DNA of 63,945 nt, filler included, from Stramenopiles sp. TOSAG23-2 (taxonomy: Eukaryota): NCBI GenBank assembly GCA_900128395.1. It is 4 parts of 4 records of this genome, joined end to end, with 100 filler letters (N's around TTAATTAATTAA, not from the genome) between each part and the next. Parts side by side here need not be neighbours in the genome. Positions count along the whole stretch, not along the records: positions 33,954 to 50,810 come from LT649665.1; 3 more parts are not named here. One strand, written 5' to 3'. The number at the start of each line of letters is the position of its first letter. Position 1 is the first letter of the stretch. The notes under the pieces were generated by a model. The model ran no database searches. It saw only the letters and a program-made list of their open reading frames with translations, and had not been told where the DNA came from. The position numbers and the translations under genes are program-made. Below are positions 33,954-45,022 of the stretch, one piece after another.

Positions 33954-36488
33954 AATGATAATAATAATAACAGGGAAGAGTTTTTCCTTGCCAACTCATT
34001 AGTACCGGCATCTATGGATGGATCCCCTAGAAATTTCATGCCGGATAGCGAGGTAAAAGCAATGTCAGGCCGTGGCAGACGTAAGAAGAAAAAAAACCCT
34101 GCTGAAGAAGAAGGAAACATAGCATTGGATAATGTACCAAAAAAGAATTGGATTGGGAAACAAATCGTTTTTGCAGCTGGAAGGTATGAAGGTGAAAATG
34201 CTTGGATTTTAGGACATGGAAGTGGTCTTGTCCATCTTATAATGGGGGATGATGAACCAAATGCAGCGCCAATCATTGTATCTAGAATGTCAAAGCAATT
34301 AGTAGTTGTTCCAGAGGAAAACGAAGAGATAGAGCCGTTCGAACCGGAAGAATATGTTGGGAAGGAAGGCATTGTTAACGATGGTTATGGTTTGGATGAC
34401 CGAGCATATGTTGCAAATCATGGCAATGGATATTTATTAGTACAATTGAAAGGGGAACGTCCATACACCGTTTTAAAAGTGAAAAATCAATTTACGATAG
34501 ATAGTGGTAATGATAGTATCGATGGGGCGAAAAGTGCAGGGTCTAAAAAAAATAAAAATGGGAATGACGATGATGGAGCAGAGCCCAAATCAAAACGACG
34601 AAAAACGTCTAATGACGAAGAAAGCAACGAGGAAATAGCTATGGATGTAGATAACAAATCAGCAAATAATAATAATAGCAATAATAACAACAATGGTGGT
34701 AAAAAGCTTTCTTTAACTATACGTAAACCAAAAGATAAGAAAAAATATAAGAAGAAAGACAATGTCCATCGCGTAAAACAAGGTAGTGCCACTGGAAGCG
34801 AATCTCCTATAACTTCCGCTAGAAATGCAGAGCGGGAAAGAATTGCAAAGCGTGAACGAGACAAAATGAAAGCAAAGGAAAAAGTTTTAAAAGAACAATC
34901 GATTAAACGTAGTTCACGTACTACTAAAGGCCAACGTTACAATCAATCGACTTATAATAATAAAAAATCACATGTGCAAATGAGTGAACGTGATCGAGAA
35001 GATGCAGAAGCAGCTGCACAATTTGCCGCACATGTTTCATTGTACCATGAACGCGTACGTAAATACATGGAAAGAGAAATTGAGAGACAAAAGCAATGTG
35101 GGAGAACGGATATCACCGATGCCCTCGTACGCATCGAGCGTCAATTTGGATGGGATGATGGTGATAGTGAAGATGACAATGGACCGACATATGAATGGGA
35201 GAATGAGCGAGAATCCGATGTATACGATATTATAACTGAATATAAATGCGGAATGTGCGGAGGTCCATTAGCAAGTCTAGGCGGAGCTTGTTGGAACATA
35301 GCGTGCGTTCGATGTGTATTGAATCCTGGGAATAAAAAATATGTAGCCGCTATGGCCGAAGCTGCAAAAAATGGCGCTTCTGCTCCTCCTCCCAAAGCTG
35401 GAAGGAAGAAAAAGAAACGTGGGAGGAAAGCTTCGCCACCTCCACCAGCATCCAAAGAGCCAGCCGGTGCAAAGTTGACGCCATCAGAAATAGAACAGTC
35501 ACTTGACTCTGCAAATAAAGTGAGTGACTTTCAATTGTTGGCCCCTGTATATTTCCTTGGTGTACCAAAACCACATCCAACATTTCCAAAGAAGAAAAAA
35601 CCTTCTGATGCTTATACTAATAGGAATAATGTTGATGAAGAGGATTCCTATGTTAAAATGGACGAAAAAGACGCGAAGCCAAAAGAAATAAATACTGGAC
35701 CATTTACGATTCCAGATTTAAGAAAAATGGAAGAGGAAGTAAAAGAAGGTGAGGAAGGGAGTAAGGAGACCACAGATGACGCCTTAAGCAGACGCAGTTC
35801 TCGAAGCACAACTGCTGCGATACAGAAAGAAATCGAGAAGGCAAACAAACCAAAAGAAAAGTTATCATTGAGGCAAAAGATTGACTACATGGCAAATGTA
35901 GAAAAGTTATACGCACCGTTGGATACGCGGCATGATTTATTTAATAAGTATGAAGATGCTGCTGGTGTACCAAGGTTATATTGCAAAGACTCCGATTGGC
36001 AAGTAACTCGTGATGCTGATTTCATGACAGCAAATGACTACATCAGACGCCAAAATATGTTAGAATCAGAAAGACAAATTATGTATGCATCCAATTTTGG
36101 AAATATAGCGCCATTACCATCTGGAAAGAAATATGAAAAATATATTGGAACACTAGTAAGCGGCACGATCGTTCAAACAAATATCGAGAAACATACGTTA
36201 GGACCACCACTTCACCCGTTAGATATTCTCCGTTCTCGTGTTGCGCAAGAGAAACAAACAGAACGAGGGAACCAATATGAAGAACTTTCTCGTCGACATG
36301 CAGCCCTTCAACTTCTAGAGAAAGGAAGAATTGAAATGCAAGCTAAAGCTATGGCAAACGACGAGCCGATTCCAGGCATGGAAACTAATACTAGTGGTGA
36401 ACAAGGTGCTATTGCTGCTGCTGCCGTTGTTGGTAATCAACAAGTGAATCCTAATGCCATGGAAGTAGTTATAGATAACAAGTCGTAA
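33954..36488 (+). CDS. 5'-truncated nuclear protein with KOW/SH3-like repeats and a Cys-rich zinc finger
   Basis: The frame is open from the contig start at 33954 to ATG 34014. KOW-like WIGKQIVFAAGRYEG...GHGSG and YVGKEGIV...NHGNGYLLVQL; CGMC...CWNIACVRC; several NLS-like tracts. Confidence 0.75.
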   Translation, partial: NDNNNNREEFFLANSLVPASMDGSPRNFMPDSEVKAMSGRGRRKKKKNPAEEEGNIALDNVPKKNWIGKQIVFAAGRYEGENAWILGHGSGLVHLIMGDDEPNAAPIIVSRMSKQLVVVPEENEEIEPFEPEEYVGKEGIVNDGYGLDDRAYVANHGNGYLLVQLKGERPYTVLKVKNQFTIDSGNDSIDGAKSAGSKKNKNGNDDDGAEPKSKRRKTSNDEESNEEIAMDVDNKSANNNNSNNNNNGGKKLSLTIRKPKDKKKYKKKDNVHRVKQGSATGSESPITSARNAERERIAKRERDKMKAKEKVLKEQSIKRSSRTTKGQRYNQSTYNNKKSHVQMSERDREDAEAAAQFAAHVSLYHERVRKYMEREIERQKQCGRTDITDALVRIERQFGWDDGDSEDDNGPTYEWENERESDVYDIITEYKCGMCGGPLASLGGACWNIACVRCVLNPGNKKYVAAMAEAAKNGASAPPPKAGRKKKKRGRKASPPPPASKEPAGAKLTPSEIEQSLDSANKVSDFQLLAPVYFLGVPKPHPTFPKKKKPSDAYTNRNNVDEEDSYVKMDEKDAKPKEINTGPFTIPDLRKMEEEVKEGEEGSKETTDDALSRRSSRSTTAAIQKEIEKANKPKEKLSLRQKIDYMANVEKLYAPLDTRHDLFNKYEDAAGVPRLYCKDSDWQVTRDADFMTANDYIRRQNMLESERQIMYASNFGNIAPLPSGKKYEKYIGTLVSGTIVQTNIEKHTLGPPLHPLDILRSRVAQEKQTERGNQYEELSRRHAALQLLEKGRIEMQAKAMANDEPIPGMETNTSGEQGAIAAAAVVGNQQVNPNAMEVVIDNKS

Positions 36489-36581
36489 TTTTTTTTAAAG
36501 AAATGCGGTTCGTAGTCACACGTATTATACACACACCCATATATATATAATATAAAATATTACGAGTAATAATATATTATA

Positions 36582-36728
36582 ATGATGGTTCAAATCTAAG
36601 TATAATTTTGAAAGTATAGGAATTATAACGAGTAGAAATATAAAAAAAATATGATATAATATATATATATATGTGTGCATATAATTATTTAATTTACGCA
36701 TTTAATTTATATTGTTTTAATTTACTCA
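36582..36728 (+). repeat. Dispersed 3'-intergenic repeat, partial modules (copy E)
   Basis: ATGATGGTTCAAATCTAAGTAT at 36582. AATTTACGCAT and ATTGTTTTAATTTACTCA (36691-36728) are shared with 44489-44552. Confidence 0.75.
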
Positions 36729-36741
36729 TTATATGATATTT

Positions 36742-38900
36742 TTATGGAATATCTTTTCTAGTAGAGAAAAACGAAGTCAACTTCCTCATTTTTTTATCAT
36801 TTTCGACAATATTCTTCTTCTTCTTCCTCTTTTTCCTTGTTCTTGTCGTCTTTACGTTACTTTTTACATTATTGCTAACTTTTTTGGTAACAGTTGCACT
36901 CTTCCTGCTGCTTCTTGGATTTCGTTTTACAGAAGCTTCCCTTGCAAGTAATGGGTTACTTTCAACTTTTAGGAAGAAATTATTCATAGTCTTTTGATCA
37001 TTGTTTTTTTTATAAAAAGAGTTTGTATATCCATTGTCTGTATTTTTAACAAGCGTTGTAGTAACTCCGAGAACTTTTTCGGTTTTTGCAGTAACTGTTG
37101 TAGTTGGCATTTTTGACAATATCGAATGCTTGCCAGGCGTTGCTAAATCAGATACACTAGTCGCTCCTTCGATTTGATTCTCTATCTCATTGTCTTCAAT
37201 ATCTTTAGAACGAATTGTATCATTCAAGTTGCTCAAATTTTGTAAAATGGCAGAGACAGTTGAAGTCTTATTAGTATTATTTTTCATGGCATTATGTCTA
37301 TCGTTAACATTATTTGTACTAATTTGGAAACTTTGTGATGGTGAATCCACTAATTTTACAACAGCTATCGCAGGCTTGCGTTGAATAATCTTTGAGGCCT
37401 TTGGCATGTTAAAGGAAGATACTGAGGAAGAATATTCATTAACATCTGTTGAGATTCTGCTACTCATCCATCCGCTATTGTTATTATTGTTGTTGTACTG
37501 GTTATAGCTGCTGCTGTTACTACTGCTGACGCCGCTGCTGCTGCTCCAATTATATCGTTTCCGATTCTTGCTGCTATATGTACCAACCCGTCGCTTTACG
37601 CTACTGTTCGTTGATGACGGTGTTGACGCTAAAAATTCCTTATATTTCTTCTTTGTTCGTGGATGTATAATTCCTTTCACAATTTTTCTCAGAACATCAC
37701 TATTATACTTTTCACCAATTGCTTCTGATAAATATTTCGTATCCACAACATCTTGTGGCAATTCATTTAAGTTTACCATTCGAATTGCACCTAACCGTGT
37801 ATCACATACCCAATGGTGCATAAATGTCAGCATCGCATTTCTTACATTTGTTTCATAGTTTAATGGTATAAATTTTTTCTTATCAGTCTTTTCAACATGA
37901 TTGATGATTTTCAAAATCCGCTCTTCATCTGGTACTTTTGCAAATTTAACAACTAAAACTTGTGCTTTTTTTATCCCTATGCCTTTTATACTATCACAAT
38001 AATCACAGCCAGCAAGTACCGCCGTTTGAACAAACATCTTTGGGGTCAGTTTATGTAAGTTTTCAATGAAAACATCTCTTCTCTTTTTTCCTTTTCCTTT
38101 CTTTTTTTTTGGAGAATTACTTGTTTTGCTAACTTGCTTTTCACTAAATTTTTTTAAATCAACGAGAGTACCAATACCATTACGATCCATTTTGAATATT
38201 ACCTTTGCATTAGTTGCACCAGCTGCTAGACAGTAAACCATTACATCACTGTCCTCTGTTATAATTACATCGCATCCACTACGTATTTTCATTTCATATG
38301 CCAATTGTGCATCAGCTTCATAAGGCGCTATTATGAAATCAAATTTATGCTTTTTTAAGGCTTCAATCGTGATTGCCATAACTGCTGGTGAAATAGAAAC
38401 AGCTTGTTGAAAATAGGACGTCGCTTCGTTTCGTAATCTTTCTGCCTCACGTGAGCCTTTGGGTAAAGCATTTGCTTTCTTAAGTAAGTGGATGCCAGCT
38501 TCACTTGCTTTTTTACGTTTATCATCACGTTTTCCCTCGGTGGTATCTTTCGCCATTAATTTTCCACCATCAAAAATCATAATTGGCTTGACATTGTAGT
38601 GTCGCCTGTATTTGTATAATATAAGTGTTTGTTAGAAATAGCTAAGATTGAATTTAGAACCAAGGGTTTTACTTACATTAGTTTCAAACGATGTAAACAA
38701 TATTCAACGAAAGGTGGATACCGACCATTTTTCTCTTGACGATTAAATGTCGATAATACAATATCTTGTGAACAAGAATATGACGCTTTGTGCAACCAAG
38801 TATAACCATCTATTACCACTTGTTTCCCAGCAAATCGTTTCACATGTACTTGTTGTTCCGATATTGGTCTCAGCGCTTTTAACAATCCATCTACACCCAT
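36742..38900 (-). CDS. EXO1: Exonuclease 1 (XPG/Rad2 family); 2 exons (38900-38677, 38605-36742)
   Basis: MGVDGLL...VIDGYTWLHKASYSC. Intron 38606-38676 (GTAAGT...CTAAC...CAG) gives LKLMRHYNVKPIMIFDGG. Further motifs APYEADAQLAY, ITEDSD, LAGCDY. Confidence 0.95.
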
Positions 38901-39488
38901 TTTCTTTTATTATTATCACTATCTCAAGGGTCAAAATATTTTCTTTTTCTAGGAGTGCAAATAAATAATTATATTAAATTATTTAGAGATTGTGAACCGG
39001 TATTTCTGTCTCTCTATGACACGTATTACATCTCTATTAGCGCAACACTCTGTTACATTTTCTATTAGTAGTTCAAAATCGTATTAGCAAACATGTGATG
39101 GTATATATATTATAGATTTGAAATAATAAGAAGAAAGAAGAAAGAAGATGAAGGTTTTATTAAGTTTAGCGCCAGCCGGGCCAGCTTTATTTCAGGCTCC
39201 TGTTGTGTCCATTGTAATTTAATATAATATGGAAATAGCATAGCAAGCATCATAATAATAGTACAGCACCACCAGTTAGTGGTATTGTGCTATTGTCATT
39301 TTATAATTATGTTCTACGAATAGTTTTTTGTTTCCTCCATTCCCATCCACATCAATCAATATTATCAATATCGTTGTTACATATATATAGTCTTATAATC
39401 AATTGGATATGTGTAAAATATATTTAGCATAATTAGATATACAGAAAGATAAAAAACAGATGGTCATACAAATATAAGAAAAAGCAAT

Positions 39489-42400
39489 ATGTTTGTGTCA
39501 AAAATGATACATCCATCTATGCGACGGTATATACTCATGTCGAAAATTATGTCTCGTAATAGGATGTTGCCTCATACGTCAACTGTAAAATATTCAATCC
39601 AAAATAATGTAAATGGACCACTGGTAAATAAGACCAATAATAAAAGCCGAAAGAAAAAAAATTATAACAAGGAGGGGGAGTTTCAGAATCAAGTTTCTGG
39701 TAAATTAAACCAAAGGAAAGGGGATAATAGAAAAATATATAGTCATGGTCATAATCGAAAGAAGAAAATTGGCTCAGAAGAACCACATGTAAATAGAAAA
39801 GATGCAAACCAGCAGCGGAGTGGTATTAGGTATGAAAAAATTATGGCTGAATATCAAAAAGATAAGGATATGCCAGAGACCGTACCGAAGGCAGTAAAAA
39901 TGCTACTTAAACTGCGGGATTTGCGTGTAAAAAATAGTAGGAATGGGGTATCTGTTTCTAAGAAAAAATTATACCCAATTATATCTATAATCGAAAAGCA
40001 AAAGAATGAGATCTTTAAACAACCTTCAATAATACCACCAATAGATATATACAATGAAATAATAGCACTAGCTTGTGGAACGGGCGATATTCATATGGCT
40101 AAAAATTTACTTTATGAAGTTGGAGACAAATGTGTTTTATCTCATAAAACATTAGCGCCATACTTCACTCTTTGTACTGAAATACGCGGTCCCAAAGAGT
40201 TCAAAAGTGCAAAGAAATGGAAAAGAATATTGGACGAGATTCAACGTGGAAGATTCAGGATGGACAAAACCATTGATAATGATTTATTCCTTCCATTACT
40301 GTTTGGCTTAGCGAAAAAAGGTTCCATCGAAAATCTTAATTATGTCATTAGGCATTATATGCAATCGAAATTTTTCATTGACCCAAACATTGATGCATAC
40401 AATGCCATTATATCAGGGTGGGTATTTAGGAAAGATATGTACAGAGCGAACAAAGTTTTAGAAGACATTTTTGGAAATAATTTAATGCCTACAGAATTAA
40501 CATATGAACGGATGATACAAGGTTACACTTTTCAAAACGATGTTGACACTGCATATAGATACCTTGATGCGTTGCTAGAATTGCAAGATGGGAATGTAAG
40601 AACAATCGACCAAGATGGAAATTCTGAATCCATAACTCGTTTTTATAACAAACCAACCGTACATGCTTCATCCCAACGGACGTTGCACCCCAGAATTATG
40701 AATTATTTTTTCAACATGCATCTTAGAAAAAATGATATTGAACGATTAAAGGAAGCCATTATTCGTTTTAAAACGTTAAATGTTGATTTTAAAAATATAA
40801 AATCATTAACCAATCTTGCGAAAGTATATGGAATAATTGGTGACAAAGAATCTATGCTTCGTGCAATAATGAAACTGGACGAGATGAAGGAGATCAGAGG
40901 AGACCATGCATTTCTTGACATTGCCATGTCAGCTTTTAAAAATGGTAGTAATATAGACGATGGCAATATATATTTTCATGCTGTCAAAGATATATTGAAA
41001 GAGTTACATTATTATGGTTTTCAAGTCACGCCCACAGTCGTAGTTACATTAGTCCGGGAATTAACCTCCCGTAAACAAGTGGGCGCTGCATTAAAACTGA
41101 CCGACTTTGTGATGAATAGCGATGCAAATATTACAAAATCCTTTAATATTCATTCAATAGCGCATTCAAAAAAGAAAGCTGATTTGTTTCGTATTCTCTA
41201 TTCACAAATGATCATAGAATTAAATAAATCGACACGCAATGATATACACTCAGACAAATTACTGGAAATTAACAATTATTTTCTTCATCCTAGTAATAAA
41301 GATTGGTTGAAACTGGATAATGCATCGTACAAACTAGTAATGACGTCTCTTTTTGCTGCATATAAACGAGAGGGCATGGACTTACGACGTTGGGCGCTAT
41401 TAAATATAGGGTATGATTTTTTCCTTGATGCAAGTACAAATGTAAAGTTCAAGCCGAGTCACTACAATTTTGTTATGACGTTGCGATTTGTTGAAGAAAT
41501 GGGGGATGTTGACAAGTTTTTTAAAGTGATCAAAATTATGAATGAAAAGTTAACAGTGCAGGAATCAGAGGAATTAGATTTTGTGTTGAAAAGAATAGAT
41601 CAATTAAAATCACCGGAAGAAAACGACACGGTTAGAATGGAGAAGCTGATGTCAAAGGCTGGCGAAAAGGGGGAATTTAAGTTTGATCCAAGAAGGTTTA
41701 AGCCGACATCGAAGAAACTATCTGAAGCTGAATTGAAATATAAGAAGATGAAATATCCACATATCTTCCAGAACCAAGAATACTTGTTAAAGCAAGCAAT
41801 GCGTACTTTTAAAAGACGCGAAAGTCATTTAGCAAGGCAATCTGAAATTATGAATCAAGAAATACGTTACCGTAAACAGATGAATCCGGAAAATAATGCC
41901 GTAAATAGCGATGAAAGTCTTTATAATAGTATTTTTCAACCCCTGCAAAATGTAGCTGTTAGCAATGGAATTGTATTAAAAACAGGTGATGATTACTATT
42001 CATTTCGAAAGTTTTTAGAAAATGCGAAAGAGCTTTTGCAATTAGATATTTCACATGTATATTATATCATAAATCAGTATGCTGGTCATATTGGTACTAC
42101 GAGAGATAAAAGAAACAAAAAACTAAAATCAGAACAATTATTAATCGAGGTAGATGAAATACTTCATGCATTGAAACAAACCGTTACAGAAGAAATAAAT
42201 ACCGAAACCGATCAAAGAATTGATTTGCTTAATAAAATCTTGCAGAAACAACTTCAATCTCATGTCATATTACTGAAGATTGTGGCTGAATTAAACATGA
42301 AACGTGCAGCAGACGAAGGAATTGCCCCTGGCCTTATTCGAGATATTCAGGAGAACATGATACATATGACGAAGGAAATTGATGAACTCAAACATACTGC

Positions 42401-44366
42401 TTTAAGTCATAACAATGAGTACTTGCGAAGATCAGACTATTTTGAGGATGGTATATACATGGAAGGGGAAAGGCCGCAGTGGCTTTTGAAAGATAAGGAC
42501 GGTGACTTTAAATATGGAGAGGCAGTAGTTGGCAGCATATCAGGAACTAAAACAACCTGTGCAAAATATGTTCATACACCGGAGAATTCATTGACATTTA
42601 ATCTAATTCCATGTTATGACGATGTCAGTGATAATGGTGAAAACATTGTAGTAAATAATTATCTAGATAACAATGCATTTCCTATCGAGAATGAAGAATT
42701 TGGAGACGCATTGTTTCACAAAAGCGAGTTACAAAACGGAATAGAGACGGATAGTTTAGACTTATTTTTGAAAGAAAATGATAGTTACAGTGACATTCTC
42801 AATTCATACGACGATTTTAACGATGGGAGTACTGATGAAGCTTCTAATACTATGAATAAGGAAGCGTTCAAAATTGAAGAAATCAATATGAAAGAAATGT
42901 CTATGAAGAATGGGTTTGTCGATAATTTAACAACTAGTGACGAAACTATTAGTGATAGCATGGATGTTGTAGATGAAATACAAGAAAATCATGACGATGT
43001 GGGGGAACCGTCGAGTTTTGATATCCCTTTCTTTATACCAAAGGAAAGAATTACAGGTAAAATATCAGGTGCAACTGCTGTTTTGGAAAGGCGGGTCACG
43101 CATCGCCTATTACAGACCATGTTTCCACTTAGTGTATGCATAGCTTATGCAAAGGAATATACATGGCAAGAGTTGGTCGAATATATGATAGAATGTGGTT
43201 ACAGAAGGGAAGATTTTACCTTGAATATATATAATAAATTACTTACGGCGTACACTGCGGCAGATAAAGACGATGAGTGTGTTGAAATTTTAGATGAAAT
43301 GCGGCGTCTTTTTGTCAAACGAAATTATGACTCTTACGCAGCACTGATATATAAACATGCGCAGTCAGGCAATTTGGAGAAGTGGAATGAAGTGAGAAGG
43401 CGTCAAAAAAAGGATCCAATTGCACTTTCAAAAGAATTCTCAGATATGGTTGAAATGCATAATCGACATAAAACATTTGGAGAGATGTGGAAAAATTTGA
43501 AAATCGGATCGACGAATGGAGATGTTGACGAAGTACTTCGAATTTTCAATGAAATGGAACAGGTAGGGTATCCGATAGATGCCGAAGTATATATTCGGAT
43601 AGCATATGCATATGCAATGAATGGTGATCATGAATCTGTAAATGATGTCATTAATGAGTCAAAAGCGAAAGGTTTTGAACCAAATTTTGATACGTTTTTC
43701 TGGCCATTTGTTGCATATATAAAGCATGAAGGTATTAAAACTGCTAAATATAAGGGGCGTCATGATGAAGTAATAGCAAGAAACCATATTGGGGTGAAAT
43801 TGAAGTATGACGATAATGATGTTGACGACGACGAGGAGGAGGATGAGGATGATTATGATTTGGAAGATGATTTGACAGGTGGTACGTACGATAATGAGGT
43901 TGATGGTAAAAATTGGGATACGTATAGCAAGCAAGTAGAGCATGAATATTCACAGAATACCAATAAAATCTTTGATGCCGACGGCAAAGTTATTGGTGCC
44001 GAAGAGAAAGAATATGGACCATATGAAAAAGAAATTTTCGAAAAGGAGGACATACATCATATAATAGATCATATTATATTGATGGACCGTCATAGGGTTG
44101 ACAAAAAATTAGGATGGATGACAAAGATATTAAAGATAAGTGATTTAACGTACACTAACAGAGATAAAATTATACATGCTTTGTACACTAGAACTAGGAT
44201 AAGGCATTGGGAAGAAAAGGTTGGAACGGAAGGTAACAGACGAGACTTATATTACCTAAATTACAAAGAGGAAATGATGAAGGAAAATAAGATGAAAGAT
44301 GAAATTGTAATTGAAGTCCAACAAGATGTAGTTGATGAGTCTGGTAGTGCAATGAAGCCTATGTAA
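39489..44366 (+). CDS. Large pentatricopeptide-repeat (PPR) protein, probably mitochondrial
   Basis: Arg/Ser-rich N-terminal presequence. PPR motifs PNIDAYNAIISGW, PTELTYERMIQGY, IYNKLLTAY...ILDEMRR, EVLRIFNEMEQVGYPID fall in two clusters. Confidence 0.85.
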   Translation: MFVSKMIHPSMRRYILMSKIMSRNRMLPHTSTVKYSIQNNVNGPLVNKTNNKSRKKKNYNKEGEFQNQVSGKLNQRKGDNRKIYSHGHNRKKKIGSEEPHVNRKDANQQRSGIRYEKIMAEYQKDKDMPETVPKAVKMLLKLRDLRVKNSRNGVSVSKKKLYPIISIIEKQKNEIFKQPSIIPPIDIYNEIIALACGTGDIHMAKNLLYEVGDKCVLSHKTLAPYFTLCTEIRGPKEFKSAKKWKRILDEIQRGRFRMDKTIDNDLFLPLLFGLAKKGSIENLNYVIRHYMQSKFFIDPNIDAYNAIISGWVFRKDMYRANKVLEDIFGNNLMPTELTYERMIQGYTFQNDVDTAYRYLDALLELQDGNVRTIDQDGNSESITRFYNKPTVHASSQRTLHPRIMNYFFNMHLRKNDIERLKEAIIRFKTLNVDFKNIKSLTNLAKVYGIIGDKESMLRAIMKLDEMKEIRGDHAFLDIAMSAFKNGSNIDDGNIYFHAVKDILKELHYYGFQVTPTVVVTLVRELTSRKQVGAALKLTDFVMNSDANITKSFNIHSIAHSKKKADLFRILYSQMIIELNKSTRNDIHSDKLLEINNYFLHPSNKDWLKLDNASYKLVMTSLFAAYKREGMDLRRWALLNIGYDFFLDASTNVKFKPSHYNFVMTLRFVEEMGDVDKFFKVIKIMNEKLTVQESEELDFVLKRIDQLKSPEENDTVRMEKLMSKAGEKGEFKFDPRRFKPTSKKLSEAELKYKKMKYPHIFQNQEYLLKQAMRTFKRRESHLARQSEIMNQEIRYRKQMNPENNAVNSDESLYNSIFQPLQNVAVSNGIVLKTGDDYYSFRKFLENAKELLQLDISHVYYIINQYAGHIGTTRDKRNKKLKSEQLLIEVDEILHALKQTVTEEINTETDQRIDLLNKILQKQLQSHVILLKIVAELNMKRAADEGIAPGLIRDIQENMIHMTKEIDELKHTALSHNNEYLRRSDYFEDGIYMEGERPQWLLKDKDGDFKYGEAVVGSISGTKTTCAKYVHTPENSLTFNLIPCYDDVSDNGENIVVNNYLDNNAFPIENEEFGDALFHKSELQNGIETDSLDLFLKENDSYSDILNSYDDFNDGSTDEASNTMNKEAFKIEEINMKEMSMKNGFVDNLTTSDETISDSMDVVDEIQENHDDVGEPSSFDIPFFIPKERITGKISGATAVLERRVTHRLLQTMFPLSVCIAYAKEYTWQELVEYMIECGYRREDFTLNIYNKLLTAYTAADKDDECVEILDEMRRLFVKRNYDSYAALIYKHAQSGNLEKWNEVRRRQKKDPIALSKEFSDMVEMHNRHKTFGEMWKNLKIGSTNGDVDEVLRIFNEMEQVGYPIDAEVYIRIAYAYAMNGDHESVNDVINESKAKGFEPNFDTFFWPFVAYIKHEGIKTAKYKGRHDEVIARNHIGVKLKYDDNDVDDDEEEDEDDYDLEDDLTGGTYDNEVDGKNWDTYSKQVEHEYSQNTNKIFDADGKVIGAEEKEYGPYEKEIFEKEDIHHIIDHIILMDRHRVDKKLGWMTKILKISDLTYTNRDKIIHALYTRTRIRHWEEKVGTEGNRRDLYYLNYKEEMMKENKMKDEIVIEVQQDVVDESGSAMKPM

Positions 44367-44487
44367 TAAAATAATGAAAAATATATTATACCCAGTCCCA
44401 GTAAAATAGTATGATACATGATAAAATATATATAATTTAATTAAATGCATTATCATAACTTAATTATATATGATGTCTATATTAATT

Positions 44488-44612
44488 TAATTTACGCATA
44501 ATTATGATGGTTAAAATCTAAGTTATCATAATTTATTGTTTTAATTTACTCAAATGATAATTCCTACTCTTCAAAAGAATACAATAACTGAAATAATCTA
44601 TCTCACACTAAT
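44488..44612 (+). repeat. Dispersed 3'-intergenic repeat, mosaic copy D
   Basis: ATGATGGTTAAAATCTAAGTTAT (module 1 start) is followed by TGATAATTCCTACTCT...ACAATAACTGA (module 2, as at 20891). Confidence 0.85.
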
Positions 44613-44831
44613 GTGTTGATATTCCCATAACATCTCCTGAAGAATATATATCAATATGATATATATTAGATTGATTAAACCATGTGATTTACAACTTTAT
44701 GAAGGAGTATCTCTTTCGTCTAACTCTGAATCACAGACAGAGGAACAATCTTTTGAATACTAAATAATTTTTACTAAACTTTATAAATCATTTTTGATTT
44801 AAGATGTTAATGAACGGGAGTGAAAGAAATT

Positions 44832-44889
44832 TATATAATATATGAGTAAGAGAACATTTTATATATGAGTAAGAGAACATTTTATATAT
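44832..44889 (+). repeat. Tandem duplication of the 23-bp unit ATATATGAGTAAGAGAACATTTT
   Basis: Two adjacent copies here and a single copy within 31997-32031. Confidence 0.85.
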
Positions 44890-45022
44890 ATATATATGAT
44901 ATATATGATTATATATTGAACCATATATATATATATAAATTATCATATACTTGTAAATGGTACTCTCTTAAATAAAATTAATATAAATATATATCAAATA
45001 CGTGTTCGTACCTACAAAACAT

